In this document: positions 1-9,835 of the stretch, in pieces
Layout: every line of letters begins with the position of its first letter
Position numbering within the stretch: position 1 is the stretch's first letter
Virus record (IMG/VR): IMGVR_UViG_3300033233_000004
Coordinates: 107,837-171,836 of that record
DNA: 64,000 bases
Source of the DNA: a virus
Strand: one strand, 5' to 3'
Program-made: the position numbers and the translations under genes
Notes under the pieces: generated by a model
What the model was told of the DNA's origin: nothing
What the model saw: the letters and a program-made list of their open reading frames with translations, nothing else
The model's database searches: none

Positions 1-249
1 CAATGCAATTCCAACAAGCATTCCGCTCATTGAAATATCAGAAGAATTTGCTACTCGGCCATCTATTGTAACAACATCATAAGCTGAGATTAATTCAGTA
101 GCTTGAATTGCTACAGTATTTGTACCACCAGTAAATTGCAGTAGTCGTTCAATATTATCAACAGCTTCGGCAAGTAATAATACCTGATTTCTATTAGCTG
201 CCCATGTATGCTCGCCGTAATTATCAAGAATGAATTTATTAATTGGCAT
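1..249 (-). CDS. Partial ORF downstream of major capsid gene; putative virion structural protein (runs off window)
   Basis: ATG at 249, open to window edge (MPINKFILDNYGEHTWAANRNQ...); position in head module. Confidence 0.55.
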   Translation of the reverse strand, partial: MPINKFILDNYGEHTWAANRNQVLLLAEAVDNIERLLQFTGGTNTVAIQATELISAYDVVTIDGRVANSSDISMSGMLVGIAL

Positions 250-271
250 AAGATAGGAAGTATTAAAACGC

Positions 272-309
272 AAAAAGGGTTAACCCTCGTTAAGAAGGTT
301 AACCCCTTT
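272..309 (-). terminator. Rho-independent terminator after major capsid gene
   Basis: GGGGTTAACC...GGTTAACCC stem followed by T-run on minus strand. Confidence 0.75.
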
Positions 310-347
310 GAAGGTTTCTTAAAAATTACAGATTAAATTACCCTATG

Positions 348-1142
348 TTATTGGGTAATTGTACCTGAATGCGTACCACGAGCAACGCCGTTAGCAACCA
401 AAGCCGCCATACCAAGTTCCTCATAAGCTACGTAACCGATACTTGCCTGTTTTGGAGCATCGTCTGGCATAAGCATAAGCTCAGTACGGACAGGCATAAC
501 ACCAAAGAATCTTGGCTCTGCCAATGCGTACACTGAACCACGCTGTACCTGACGGCTGACAATAAGGTCAATACCCCAAATGGAACCGTACAGACCAGTT
601 TCCAATACCTCACGAAGAGATACAGGGTCGAGGTCTTTGTTCGACCAAACACGGATGTCTGCGAACGAACGGAAACGCATAAGGAATGCGTACTGTGGGA
701 GGTCGAAGTCCATGATAGACGTAGATAAGTCGTTCAAGAAAATCTTGCTTGCACCAGCCGTACCAACTGTGTAAGGAACATTGGCAAGGTTACCTGCCGT
801 TGTACCATTCAAAAGTGCCAAGAACTGCAAGTCTTCCTGTTCCTGAACTGCAATCTTAAGTGCTTCTTGAGTACGATCAAGAATGTTGAAACGCCTCTGT
901 TGAATCTCAGACAGACGGATGTTTGCGTCTGCGAAGATTTCCCAAGTCGTCGGTTCAACAAACTCAGCGTTGATATTAACTTCATCAACCGCACCCTTCT
1001 TTGCAACTACGAAAGCATTAACTTGTTTCTTAATGTCCCTATCGTAACGAACAATCTGACCTTGAGCCAGAATGTCAATTTCGAGGAACTTTCGGGCTAC
1101 ACCAACGTAGTCCAATTGTTCACGGATAGGCACTGCCATTTG
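348..1142 (-). CDS. Major capsid protein, exon 2 (264 aa; spliced product about 314 aa)
   Basis: QMAVPIREQLDYVGVARK...LETGLYGSIWGIDLIVSRQV...GYVAYEELGM resembles HK97-fold capsids; starts right after the intron terminal G (1143). Confidence 0.85.
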   Translation of the reverse strand, partial: QMAVPIREQLDYVGVARKFLEIDILAQGQIVRYDRDIKKQVNAFVVAKKGAVDEVNINAEFVEPTTWEIFADANIRLSEIQQRRFNILDRTQEALKIAVQEQEDLQFLALLNGTTAGNLANVPYTVGTAGASKIFLNDLSTSIMDFDLPQYAFLMRFRSFADIRVWSNKDLDPVSLREVLETGLYGSIWGIDLIVSRQVQRGSVYALAEPRFFGVMPVRTELMLMPDDAPKQASIGYVAYEELGMAALVANGVARGTHSGTITQ

Positions 1143-2166
1143 CAATATGTTACGTCTTATTCAGACGGTGACAGTATTTCTACTGCACTCTTACTGTTGC
1201 CAGTAAGCTCGGACTATCTCTTCACTTTGGTATATTCAACCAAAATGTTTCACGTATAGTCTCTGAGGAGCACAAAACTTCTTTATGCATTTTGTATTTG
1301 AAATAAGGAACATAAAATCGAGAAAGATATTTGCTCAATATATGTCTTGTATCAGCCGCAAAATACAAATACCAATAGTGGGTTTTTCCATTACTTTTTT
1401 GAATCGGTGTTGTTTTTATTCCAAATTTTTTGAAGAAGTAATACCGAATAAGTTTTACTTCTTCTAAAGTAAAGGAACATGTTGATAACCAATAACTATT
1501 TTTATCAAATGCTCCATCGTCATAGAATAAAAAGACAAGGCCAAGTATACTTAACCTATCCAACGCCTCTTCTGTAACAATTTTACGTTTTTCTTCATTA
1601 TACATCATCCTATATATACATTTCAAATCGGGATGTTGTATAGTAGAAAATCCGCAACTAACATCGTTCATTTCATATTTTATATCTTGAACACATAGAT
1701 TATTCAGCAGTAGCCTTTTAATCTTTACGTATTCTTGTTGTTTATACGAATGATGAACTCTTAGTCTAACAGAACCATTTTTATTAATATCTAAATTACC
1801 ATCTCCAAAAATAGTGCCAATAATAAAACCATATTGCCATTCTGGAATTGGATTACATCGAAGTACTTCCGCCCGTTGTTGAATATCGGCAAGTTCTGTT
1901 GTCAATCCAAAAGATTTTCTATAAAATATTATAGGGTCTATAGGAATATTCAGTATACTTGCAACTTCAACATGAGAAAGTTGCTTGATATCATTTTGAT
2001 TAAGAAAAGATTCTGTCAGTATGTTACTATACTTGTAACGATACGTTCCCATCTTAGTTTTGCTTTCCTGCTGATTGACTCTGTTCTCGGATTTTTACCC
2101 TTTGGGTACCGCTAACATTAAATGAGTTGTTCCAGCATATAGTGAAATTAGGTGCCCAAATTACTA
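1143..2166 (-). mobile_element. Group I self-splicing intron in the major capsid gene
   Basis: P1 GGUGCU|UAGUAAUUUUGGGCACC with U.G at the 5' splice site; core motifs P (AUGCUGGAA), Q (AAUCAGCAGG), R (UCAGAGACUAUA), S (AAGAGAUAGUCC); ends in G; splicing restores frame ...AVGA|QMAVP... Confidence 0.92.
1222..2052 (-). CDS. Intron-encoded LAGLIDADG homing endonuclease
   Basis: Two motifs GFIIGTIFGDG and LVFLFYDDG; lies between intron Q and R/S elements. Confidence 0.9.
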   Translation of the reverse strand: MGTYRYKYSNILTESFLNQNDIKQLSHVEVASILNIPIDPIIFYRKSFGLTTELADIQQRAEVLRCNPIPEWQYGFIIGTIFGDGNLDINKNGSVRLRVHHSYKQQEYVKIKRLLLNNLCVQDIKYEMNDVSCGFSTIQHPDLKCIYRMMYNEEKRKIVTEEALDRLSILGLVFLFYDDGAFDKNSYWLSTCSFTLEEVKLIRYYFFKKFGIKTTPIQKSNGKTHYWYLYFAADTRHILSKYLSRFYVPYFKYKMHKEVLCSSETIRETFWLNIPK

Positions 2167-2316
2167 AGCACCAACTGCTTGCCTTCCCGCTTCTGTTTGC
2201 AACGCATCAAACACTTGGTCTACGCTTACGGCATCCTGAAACGTCTGGAATCCGTCTTGTGCAGCCGTTGCCTGTGATGCTGTTGTTGCAAAACCTGCTT
2301 GTGGCTTGTTATTCAT
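2167..2316 (-). CDS. Major capsid protein, exon 1 (50 aa, MNNKPQAGF...EAGRQAVGA)
   Basis: GAGGT RBS before ATG 2316; exactly 50 codons up to the P1 splice site. Confidence 0.85.
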
Positions 2317-2430
2317 GATATTACCTCTCATGTTATTATGTGATTATATTACCTGCAAGACAAACTTGCAGTTATTGTACCGATATTGGAGCGGGATTTA
2401 AGGGAACCCCGCTCAGACCTTTTGCACAGC

Positions 2431-2913
2431 TTAGATACGGAACAAAATACCAAGCGTGTAATCGTTGGCTGCATTAGGCACCTGAATAAGCTTTGCCTGT
2501 ACAGAACCTGTCTGGCTTGCGCCACCAACTGTAACCACCGAACCAGTAAGCGTTAGCCTACCAAGAGAGTTGACCCACAAGTTATTACCAACAGAACCAG
2601 CTTCAACATCAAGTGCATATGCACGAGTTGGATCACCTGCTGCAACTTCTGCGGAGTGGTTGATATAAACCTTTGAACCAACACCATAGATACCAGTCAA
2701 CAGAGAACCTGTTGGCGGAGTCGAAAGACCCAACTGTGTGGTATTTGCAGGGTCAACACCCATGAAGAGAGCATTGTCATTTGCTGCTAATACTGCTTCC
2801 CCAAGAGAGTTTAATGTGAAAAAGTTACCCGGAACCCAACCAGTTGTAATGGTTGCTGCGGAAACTTTGAAAGTGTCTTTTGCAAACACACGATTCATTA
2901 ATACTTTACTCAT
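2431..2913 (-). CDS. Putative capsid decoration/head protein
   Basis: 160 aa, Gly/Ala/Val-rich, between scaffold-like gene and capsid; GAGGT RBS. Confidence 0.55.
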   Translation of the reverse strand: MSKVLMNRVFAKDTFKVSAATITTGWVPGNFFTLNSLGEAVLAANDNALFMGVDPANTTQLGLSTPPTGSLLTGIYGVGSKVYINHSAEVAAGDPTRAYALDVEAGSVGNNLWVNSLGRLTLTGSVVTVGGASQTGSVQAKLIQVPNAANDYTLGILFRI

Positions 2914-2965
2914 AATATTACCTCTTTACATTTGAGATTGAACGAATTTACGATTTTTTGACCGC

Positions 2966-4816
2966 TTACACTTTTTTCCTGTAATGCGGACGAACTTTTC
3001 GATACGATTCTTGTTCAGGGTCGAGTCCTTGTTTACGCAGACGATTTGCATACGTATCAAGATTATGTGCAAATGATGTCTTAGTTAACGAAGACGTTGT
3101 TTGCATCTGTGGTACTACTGCGGCTTGAGTAATCTTACCATCAGTACTTACTTCTGATGCAACACCTTCTGTATCAACATTCTTGTTATCTGGTTTACGA
3201 ACAGCTTCATGAGTATTTGCAAGAATACCTTGTTCTACTTCTTCATTATCAGGAATACGAGCTTCTTTCAAAGCCGCTTCATTGACGATTGGCATAGACT
3301 CAATAAGTTCTTTCTGTGCTGCGAACTTAGCTTCGTCATATTCGACAACCTTACGAGCATACTCTGCAATAGCCGTCTTTGTAAACTTCACAATACCACG
3401 GCTTGCTGCCAAACGAGAGAAGTCAACTGCTACGCGAGCTTTTGCCCTGCGTATTTCAACTGAAGCTTCCGTCTTTGGCTTACCAGAACCAACTGAATCT
3501 GCATCATTACCACCAGTCAAACCACCCTCTACATCGTTTGCCGACTCTTCCTCTGGCTTGTAGTTAATGTTCATATCAACACCACTCTTGGTACCTGCAT
3601 TTGCAGCAGCATCATTGATACCTGCGCCAAGATTAGCACCAGTCTTCTGACTTGATGTTAATGCTTTTGCAAACTCTGCATCACCAAATGCATCTTTGTA
3701 ATATGCACGAAGTTTTGCTTTGTCCTTTACCTTTGGTTCGCGTTCTGCCGTTGCTTCCAAACCAATAGTATCAACTTCTGCATTCAAATATGCTGCAACA
3801 GCCTCGATACCATTCTTTCTAATATGATTTACAACATTCTGTGAGAATGCTGGACTTGTGAAAATAGCATAATTTTCTGCGGTCTTATCACCAACTGCTT
3901 TTGCCAATTTATCCCACGTTACAACAGCGTACTTACCTTGTTTGTCCTTGTTCAATGCACGAAGAACAAGAGCCGAACCAAATACATTGTTCTTGTTAAC
4001 AACCTTGGCATTAACATATGCACCGAATTCATGTGGGTTACCTTCATCAGTCAAACGAGGTTCAGCAGCAGCATTTGGAAGAGCATCTTCCTTTGCCTTG
4101 TTTGTATGGAATTCTGCATTACCTGCTTCGTAGTGTTTGATTTCTTTTTTTGCGGAGTAGTTAATGTCTCCATTAATACCCTTATCACCACTAAACTCTG
4201 CACCTGTTGGTGGAACTGCGGTACCAAATACTGTACCAAGTTCTGACCATGCTTGTTTTGCTTCTTTCACGTTCTGAACAACTGCATGAAGAGGGGAGTT
4301 ATTGGAAACTTTAGTTGATGTTGATTTTCGTTTCAAAAGAAAAGCCCAATGACGAATTGCTCCACGAGCATCCTCAACTGCGGAAATAGCTTGCTGTGTC
4401 AAAAGACCAATTTCGTTTTGTGCCTTTGCACTCAAACGGAAAGTCTTACTTGAAGTCTTTTGTTCCATATCAGCACCTTGGTCGGTAATGTTGTCGATAC
4501 CCTCAACAACAGCCTTAAGGTCTGTGATAGCTTCATTAACAGTCTTCTTCGCCTCTTCAGGAGTCTTGATCTCAGGAACTTTTTCTTTACCTTCTTCTGT
4601 ACCTGCTGGTGCACCAATTTCACTACCACCTGTCATGTCAACACCACCAAGATTTGCACTATCTTCATTGGACATATCGCCTGTACCTGCACCTGTAAAG
4701 GATTCAGGCGTATCATTAGATAGTTTGTTAATTAAATACTGTGCGCTCTTTTTGACAGAAGCAAGTTCAGTCAACATTTCACGCAGACTCTGGTTAACCT
4801 GTGCAGTTGAAATCAT
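2966..4816 (-). CDS. Putative capsid scaffolding/inner head protein
   Basis: Long Ala/Lys/Glu-rich helical protein upstream of capsid genes; likely start MISTAQ at 4816. Confidence 0.55.
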   Translation of the reverse strand: MISTAQVNQSLREMLTELASVKKSAQYLINKLSNDTPESFTGAGTGDMSNEDSANLGGVDMTGGSEIGAPAGTEEGKEKVPEIKTPEEAKKTVNEAITDLKAVVEGIDNITDQGADMEQKTSSKTFRLSAKAQNEIGLLTQQAISAVEDARGAIRHWAFLLKRKSTSTKVSNNSPLHAVVQNVKEAKQAWSELGTVFGTAVPPTGAEFSGDKGINGDINYSAKKEIKHYEAGNAEFHTNKAKEDALPNAAAEPRLTDEGNPHEFGAYVNAKVVNKNNVFGSALVLRALNKDKQGKYAVVTWDKLAKAVGDKTAENYAIFTSPAFSQNVVNHIRKNGIEAVAAYLNAEVDTIGLEATAEREPKVKDKAKLRAYYKDAFGDAEFAKALTSSQKTGANLGAGINDAAANAGTKSGVDMNINYKPEEESANDVEGGLTGGNDADSVGSGKPKTEASVEIRRAKARVAVDFSRLAASRGIVKFTKTAIAEYARKVVEYDEAKFAAQKELIESMPIVNEAALKEARIPDNEEVEQGILANTHEAVRKPDNKNVDTEGVASEVSTDGKITQAAVVPQMQTTSSLTKTSFAHNLDTYANRLRKQGLDPEQESYRKVRPHYRKKV

Positions 4817-5094
4817 ATGAGAACCCCATTTTAAAAATTCATGTAAAAGAAGATGGTATATGTCCACCCTACACACTAAAAGTAATGCTGAGAGGTCGAA
4901 ATTTATAGTGGGTAAGAGAAAAAAGTAAAATAAAAAGAGATGCCACTTACAATGACATCTTTTCGATGACGAAACTTATGTTAATTGCTTAATATAGAGT
5001 AGATTGAGCTATCCCGTATGAGATGCAGTATTTAGCTTCTTTTGGAAGTTTAATACCATGCCACACAGAAATAATAAGATAAACAGAAATGTTA

Positions 5095-5907
5095 TTATAC
5101 TACAATTGAGGAAGGTTTTCCAATAACTTGTAATGTCACCAAGTCTGGAAAAGATACTGCGGTAAGAATACCTGATTGGAAACAGCCTGTATCAACTCCA
5201 CAAGCTTTTTTACTGAACTTAGGTACATCTCCTACAATTTTGTGTCCATAGAAAACAAAGAATTCCCCATCATAATTATTTTCCCAATCAATACGGTCTG
5301 GCTTACCTTCAAGAGAGACAGAACGAACAGGGCCGTATATTGCATATTCCATTGTCTTCGCTGGCCCCCATTCATTGACCATACCATAGCCATAAAAATG
5401 TGGATAAAAGGCTGCATGTACAGCTACAGCAGTTTGCGTTGGAGCAACCATCTTAATAGTTAAAGGTGTAGTTGCAAGAAATCGTTTATATGTATTTCGA
5501 GTATGCTCATCGACACCGGCAATTTGAAATAGAGTTGTATCAAGACCATGTTTTGGTTGAACTTTATTACCATTAAGTGCTCGAAGTAATTTCTCATCAT
5601 GATTTCCAAGCACATTAAAAAATGGCATAAGAAGTTGGTCTTGTGTAAATCCTGCTCCTCGAAGATATAACATAAGATGTAAACTCTGAAGAGAATCCTC
5701 ACCACGATCACAAATATCTCCAATAAATACTATTTTTGTAGTGAAGTTGTCATTCGCTCCACCATCTTTACCAAGAGCTATCTCATAGTCAGCAATTTTG
5801 AAAAGAAGGTCTTGAAATTGATTAACCATACCATGGACATCACCTATAATCCAAAATCGGTTGGCTGTCTCTTCTTGTACAAATGGCATTGTTGCTGGAA
5901 TTTTCAT
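5095..5907 (-). CDS. Calcineurin-like metallophosphoesterase (PrpE/Pnkp-phosphatase-like)
   Basis: GDVHG, GDICDRG, GNHD, YGH and VDTGC motifs. Confidence 0.9.
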   Translation of the reverse strand: MKIPATMPFVQEETANRFWIIGDVHGMVNQFQDLLFKIADYEIALGKDGGANDNFTTKIVFIGDICDRGEDSLQSLHLMLYLRGAGFTQDQLLMPFFNVLGNHDEKLLRALNGNKVQPKHGLDTTLFQIAGVDEHTRNTYKRFLATTPLTIKMVAPTQTAVAVHAAFYPHFYGYGMVNEWGPAKTMEYAIYGPVRSVSLEGKPDRIDWENNYDGEFFVFYGHKIVGDVPKFSKKACGVDTGCFQSGILTAVSFPDLVTLQVIGKPSSIVV

Positions 5908-6155
5908 TGACGGTCACCTTTGTGTATAGAATCTACTATATCCTTCATCTTTGAAAAAACGTCATTGATAGCATTCCATGAATTTTCAAGTTGAATATAA
6001 CTTTGTTTTATTTCGAATAGTTGAGTTTCTAACCATAGTTGATATTCCCAAGAAGCAAAACCTAATTCACCATGACAAACTGGATTTGTTAACCATCTTT
6101 TACCAGTAGTTCTTTCATAATCTTCTCGTATAACTTCTGTTATTTCTTTATTCAT
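5904..6155 (-). CDS. Hypothetical protein
   Basis: 83 aa, translationally coupled to neighbours. Confidence 0.6.
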   Translation of the reverse strand: MNKEITEVIREDYERTTGKRWLTNPVCHGELGFASWEYQLWLETQLFEIKQSYIQLENSWNAINDVFSKMKDIVDSIHKGDRQ

Positions 6156-6628
6156 AGTCGGTCATCCTCCACAAATGGAAAAGCGTGTTTAAAATTGTTA
6201 TGATAGCGTCGCACCACATCTTCTGATACTCGACGTTCACGATTGGCGTTTGCTATTAATGCATCTTCAAGCGTAGTACCAAGGATAATATATACAATAC
6301 GATATCCATATCGCTTTGCATAGTCGGCCATAATACGGCGAGTTTTTTGTTTGACCATGTATGCTGCATCAAAAATGACATCTTGTTTGAAACGCATTGC
6401 TTCTTCCAAACGTTGATATGCAATACGCCATGCTTCAGCATTTACTGATTGGTCAGATTCATCACCGGATATTTCTGCACGAATTTCATCAGGACATATC
6501 TCGTTGACATTATGTGGGGCATCTATTGATTGTTGTTGAAGAAGCCCCAAGGACAAAGTTCGACGAATAGTGCTCTTTCCTGTGGAGATACCACCTATTA
6601 ATAAATACAATATAGGTGTATGTGTCAT
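6152..6628 (-). CDS. Polynucleotide-kinase-like P-loop kinase (AAA_33)
   Basis: GGISTGKST P-loop, CPDEIR, VIFDA, NANRERRV. Confidence 0.85.
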   Translation of the reverse strand: MTHTPILYLLIGGISTGKSTIRRTLSLGLLQQQSIDAPHNVNEICPDEIRAEISGDESDQSVNAEAWRIAYQRLEEAMRFKQDVIFDAAYMVKQKTRRIMADYAKRYGYRIVYIILGTTLEDALIANANRERRVSEDVVRRYHNNFKHAFPFVEDDRL

Positions 6629-7053
6629 ATTGTGATTACCTTTCTTTGAATTAAATACTCTTGTAACCTATCCAAAAATACAACTTGAGTGTGATGAATT
6701 ATCGTTTTTGCTTCTTCAATAGAATAGGGTGCAAAACTATTAATCTCCCAACTAAGCTTTCCAAAGCCGATATATGGATGACAAAAACCATGTATTGTCT
6801 TCTGACCGTGTTTATACAATGAACAGCCAAGATAATACAAGTCTTTATCTTGTGCTTCAATACCAATTTCCTCTTTTACTTCTCTAATGGCACAATGACG
6901 AAAACTATTTTCATCAATAGCGTCCATCTCTCCTTTAGGAATACTCCACTTAGCTTTACTATTATCGTTGATAACAGAAGATGGATGAACTAACCAAACT
7001 CTTAGATCAAAAACACGTTGTTCATAGAAAAGAATACCCGCCGTATAAATCAC
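6625..7053 (-). CDS. Nudix hydrolase
   Basis: WSIPKGE...AIREVKEEIG Nudix box. Confidence 0.9.
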   Translation of the reverse strand: MIYTAGILFYEQRVFDLRVWLVHPSSVINDNSKAKWSIPKGEMDAIDENSFRHCAIREVKEEIGIEAQDKDLYYLGCSLYKHGQKTIHGFCHPYIGFGKLSWEINSFAPYSIEEAKTIIHHTQVVFLDRLQEYLIQRKVITI

Positions 7054-7355
7054 TTCTCGTCTTCTTCTTTCACAATAGATTTCTTGATAAGATGTTTATG
7101 TTCTGATTCTTTGTATGGAATCACCTCTGTATGTCTTGAAATAAGCTCATGTTTATACATAGGTGGATAAGTAACCATTACATTACCTAAACCAATACTT
7201 ATCAATTCGATAATTTTGTCACAATCAACAATAACATACTTTTCGCCTACTTTGCCATTTTTGATATACATTAATCCTTCCTGCAAAGGATAAGATGGAT
7301 TATCATAACTTTGGTCGATATGTTCTTCTTGTTTTGACTTCATGTTTATCTCCAC
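7050..7355 (-). CDS. Hypothetical protein
   Basis: ORF in operon-like run. Confidence 0.5.
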   Translation of the reverse strand: MEINMKSKQEEHIDQSYDNPSYPLQEGLMYIKNGKVGEKYVIVDCDKIIELISIGLGNVMVTYPPMYKHELISRHTEVIPYKESEHKHLIKKSIVKEEDEK

Positions 7356-7672
7356 GAACGCAATTGTGTATGACCTTTGACTCCACGATTATGTCTTCGA
7401 GCAAGTCTTTGAGCTTTACGAAATTTCTTTCTGGCAACAATAGCTCGCCTCTTACTTTTACTCGTTTGGTTATTAATTCTCTTATTTGGTGAAACAATCC
7501 CTCTTTTGAAACGACGCAGTATTCCCTGTACTGCATTGAGTGCACTATCACTATGTGGATATAATTCTGTACCTTCTCCACGTGAGTCTATAAAAGGTTC
7601 CGATGGTATCTTATCAGAACGTAGTGGTTGATTAGCAACCACATCAAGTTTCTCGTCTTTTTCCGAAGTCAT
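7346..7672 (-). CDS. Hypothetical basic protein
   Basis: AGGAG RBS; Arg/Lys-rich C-terminus. Confidence 0.5.
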   Translation of the reverse strand: MTSEKDEKLDVVANQPLRSDKIPSEPFIDSRGEGTELYPHSDSALNAVQGILRRFKRGIVSPNKRINNQTSKSKRRAIVARKKFRKAQRLARRHNRGVKGHTQLRSWR

Positions 7673-7726
7673 AACAAAATCTCCTGTGAATATAAATGGG
7701 GGACTTTCATCCCCCGTGGGGCTTGT

Positions 7727-8755
7727 TCAGTTCACGTTGATATTGCTGATTGGACGTTTGTCGTCAGCTAATACCAGTGCATGGTTGAATGCCAGTTGCT
7801 TCTTTTGGTAACCAGTACCAAAAAGTAAGCTATCTGCACGAGCATCAAGAGTTTTGAATGTAGTCTCGTGGTCGATGAATTCAGCTACAGCATTGAAGGC
7901 TCCCCAAACAGTTCCTTTCGCTGTTTCCAACTGAGCACCGTGCCCAACTTCAACAAGTTGAAGAACCTTGTCTCTTTTCTCTTGAACACGCCCTTTAATG
8001 AGGTCAGATGCTTCTTTCTTGATGGGAAGAAGTGTGTTTACATATCGAAGAAGTTCGTCTGGTGTAATTTTGGCAAGAGCCATCTTGTTGAAAACTTTGC
8101 CAATCTCCATATTGTATTGATTGACCAGACCCATCAAACGAGACGCTTCTTCCATACGTCCTTCCGCAGAAGCTGTATGACGTATGGAAACCTGTGAGAA
8201 ATTATTATTCAACGCCATATTAAGAGTGTTATTGCATACTACTCTTATTGGCGTGAGCATTGCAAGAAGAGATGAGGTTCCATCATGCCAATTCGCTAAC
8301 AACATGTATGGACGAATCTTATCATCTTCATGACCAAGAATCTTGATAAAGTCAGGAAGAACTGCCAACAAGAAGATTGCACGTCCCTGCTTCAGGATAC
8401 CAGCCGTCTCGTAGATAGCTTCGCCCTTACCGACCACATTGTCGAAAAACTTGAAGGCATCGACATTCTGGATAGGCGTGTAATTACGACCAACCCGCCC
8501 ACACAGAATTGACTCGGTACCATCTTGATTAATACGGACGTTGGAAAAGGAGTCGCTGAGAGCGATAGTTTCAATGCGCCCGCGCTCTCGTTTGAGAAAT
8601 GTGGTGTTCTGTCGTTTCTCGACCTTGAAGTTGAAATTGGGAACGTACTGAATTATCTCTTCCGAGGTAATCAGTTGTTGTGGGAGAACGGTTGCGATAC
8701 CATGCCACGGTACCAGACCTTTTGTGCTGACCATATTCTCGATTTTGTGTGCCAT
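7727..8755 (-). CDS. DUF932 family phage/plasmid protein
   Basis: MAH...PWHG, YTPIQN, ETAG, HDG, PIRVVCNNT, GTVWGAFNAVAEFIDH motifs. Confidence 0.9.
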   Translation of the reverse strand: MAHKIENMVSTKGLVPWHGIATVLPQQLITSEEIIQYVPNFNFKVEKRQNTTFLKRERGRIETIALSDSFSNVRINQDGTESILCGRVGRNYTPIQNVDAFKFFDNVVGKGEAIYETAGILKQGRAIFLLAVLPDFIKILGHEDDKIRPYMLLANWHDGTSSLLAMLTPIRVVCNNTLNMALNNNFSQVSIRHTASAEGRMEEASRLMGLVNQYNMEIGKVFNKMALAKITPDELLRYVNTLLPIKKEASDLIKGRVQEKRDKVLQLVEVGHGAQLETAKGTVWGAFNAVAEFIDHETTFKTLDARADSLLFGTGYQKKQLAFNHALVLADDKRPISNINVN

Positions 8756-8761
8756 AATAGA

Positions 8762-8833
8762 ATCTCCTTTTTGAGTGATTGGATGACAACTTTTGACACA
8801 TTCAATATACTACATAGAAATTTAAAAGTCAAG
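8762..8833 (-). repeat. 72-bp promoter/leader/RBS cassette, copy 1 (identical to 40801-40872)
   Basis: Exact direct repeat; TTGACT-17nt-TATATT then AAGGAGAT RBS on minus strand. Confidence 0.9.
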
Positions 8834-9575
8834 TAGCTATATGAAAATTCTTTACATTTTCTTCTGGAATAGTTATATCAGTAAAAAGACCAGTTTCTGT
8901 ATCAAATTCAAGAAATGTATACTCACTTTGCAGACAGTCAATATTGTAATTATTACCGATGGAACGTATCCCGTTTGTAATACCATCTCGCGCTGCATCC
9001 TTATGTATGTCTATCCACAATGTGTGCCCAAATACTTGCTTCAGTCCTTCTACAGGTTCGAAATCTAAATTATAATCACACCAAAGTATTCCAGAACATG
9101 GTCTTCTACCGCCCCTCGATTGACCAATCCAATGAATCGGAGATTCTACTGGTGTCGATGACCATGTAGTCAGGGTTTCTTCTACTTTGTCTAATGTCAA
9201 ACCTACATTATCCCATAACCCTTTTGAAAGACCTGCATGTGTTACCAATAATTGATGGTCTTTCAAATAGAGAAAATATTTTGATCGAGCTTTAATAGCA
9301 TCGTAATATGGTTGTAATAAATAATCTGTTTCTGGATTCCAACCAGAAGCTCTCATGTGTTGATATAAATACGATTCCTCGTGATTACCTCTGATTAAAC
9401 CACAATCACTACTCAGAATTAAACGCATACATTCAACTTGATCTCTTGGTGTGAATTTAAACGAATCCATAATATCACCAACAAAACAAAGTTGATATTG
9501 CGAGAAATTTCCAAGTAAGAATTGAACCAACTTTAAATCACCGTGGATATCGCCTATGAACAAATACTTACTCAT
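8829..9575 (-). CDS. Calcineurin-like metallophosphoesterase
   Basis: GDIHG, VGDIMD, GNHE, THAG, QVFGHT motifs. Confidence 0.9.
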   Translation of the reverse strand: MSKYLFIGDIHGDLKLVQFLLGNFSQYQLCFVGDIMDSFKFTPRDQVECMRLILSSDCGLIRGNHEESYLYQHMRASGWNPETDYLLQPYYDAIKARSKYFLYLKDHQLLVTHAGLSKGLWDNVGLTLDKVEETLTTWSSTPVESPIHWIGQSRGGRRPCSGILWCDYNLDFEPVEGLKQVFGHTLWIDIHKDAARDGITNGIRSIGNNYNIDCLQSEYTFLEFDTETGLFTDITIPEENVKNFHIAT

Positions 9576-9835
9576 TCTTCAAGAGAGCCTATTATGATAT
9601 TTCGTTTGCGAACAATATCAAAAGCTTCATCTACGTCTACAACCATTTCGGTTTTGATATCTGCTGGTTTATTTAATGAATATTGCCATTCATCTTTACC
9701 AGTCCCTTTACTCTTTTTACAAAAGACAAAGGCTCGGTCATCCTGTTTATGTGTTGCCGCAGGAAGTGTAAATCCTGTTTCAAATTGAACCTCGTTCATA
9801 ATATGCCTTATTGATTTGTTATTGAATTCACACAC
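9572..9835 (-). CDS. Hypothetical protein
   Basis: 87 aa coupled ORF. Confidence 0.5.
   Translation of the reverse strand: MCEFNNKSIRHIMNEVQFETGFTLPAATHKQDDRAFVFCKKSKGTGKDEWQYSLNKPADIKTEMVVDVDEAFDIVRKRNIIIGSLEE

Noticed and set aside
348-1145. 265-aa capsid ORF starting at TTG 1145
   Set aside because: The TTG is the intron 3' end; the true N-terminus is exon 1 at 2316.
7303-7581. Alternative 92-aa ORF
   Set aside because: Overlaps 7346-7672, which has the clear RBS.
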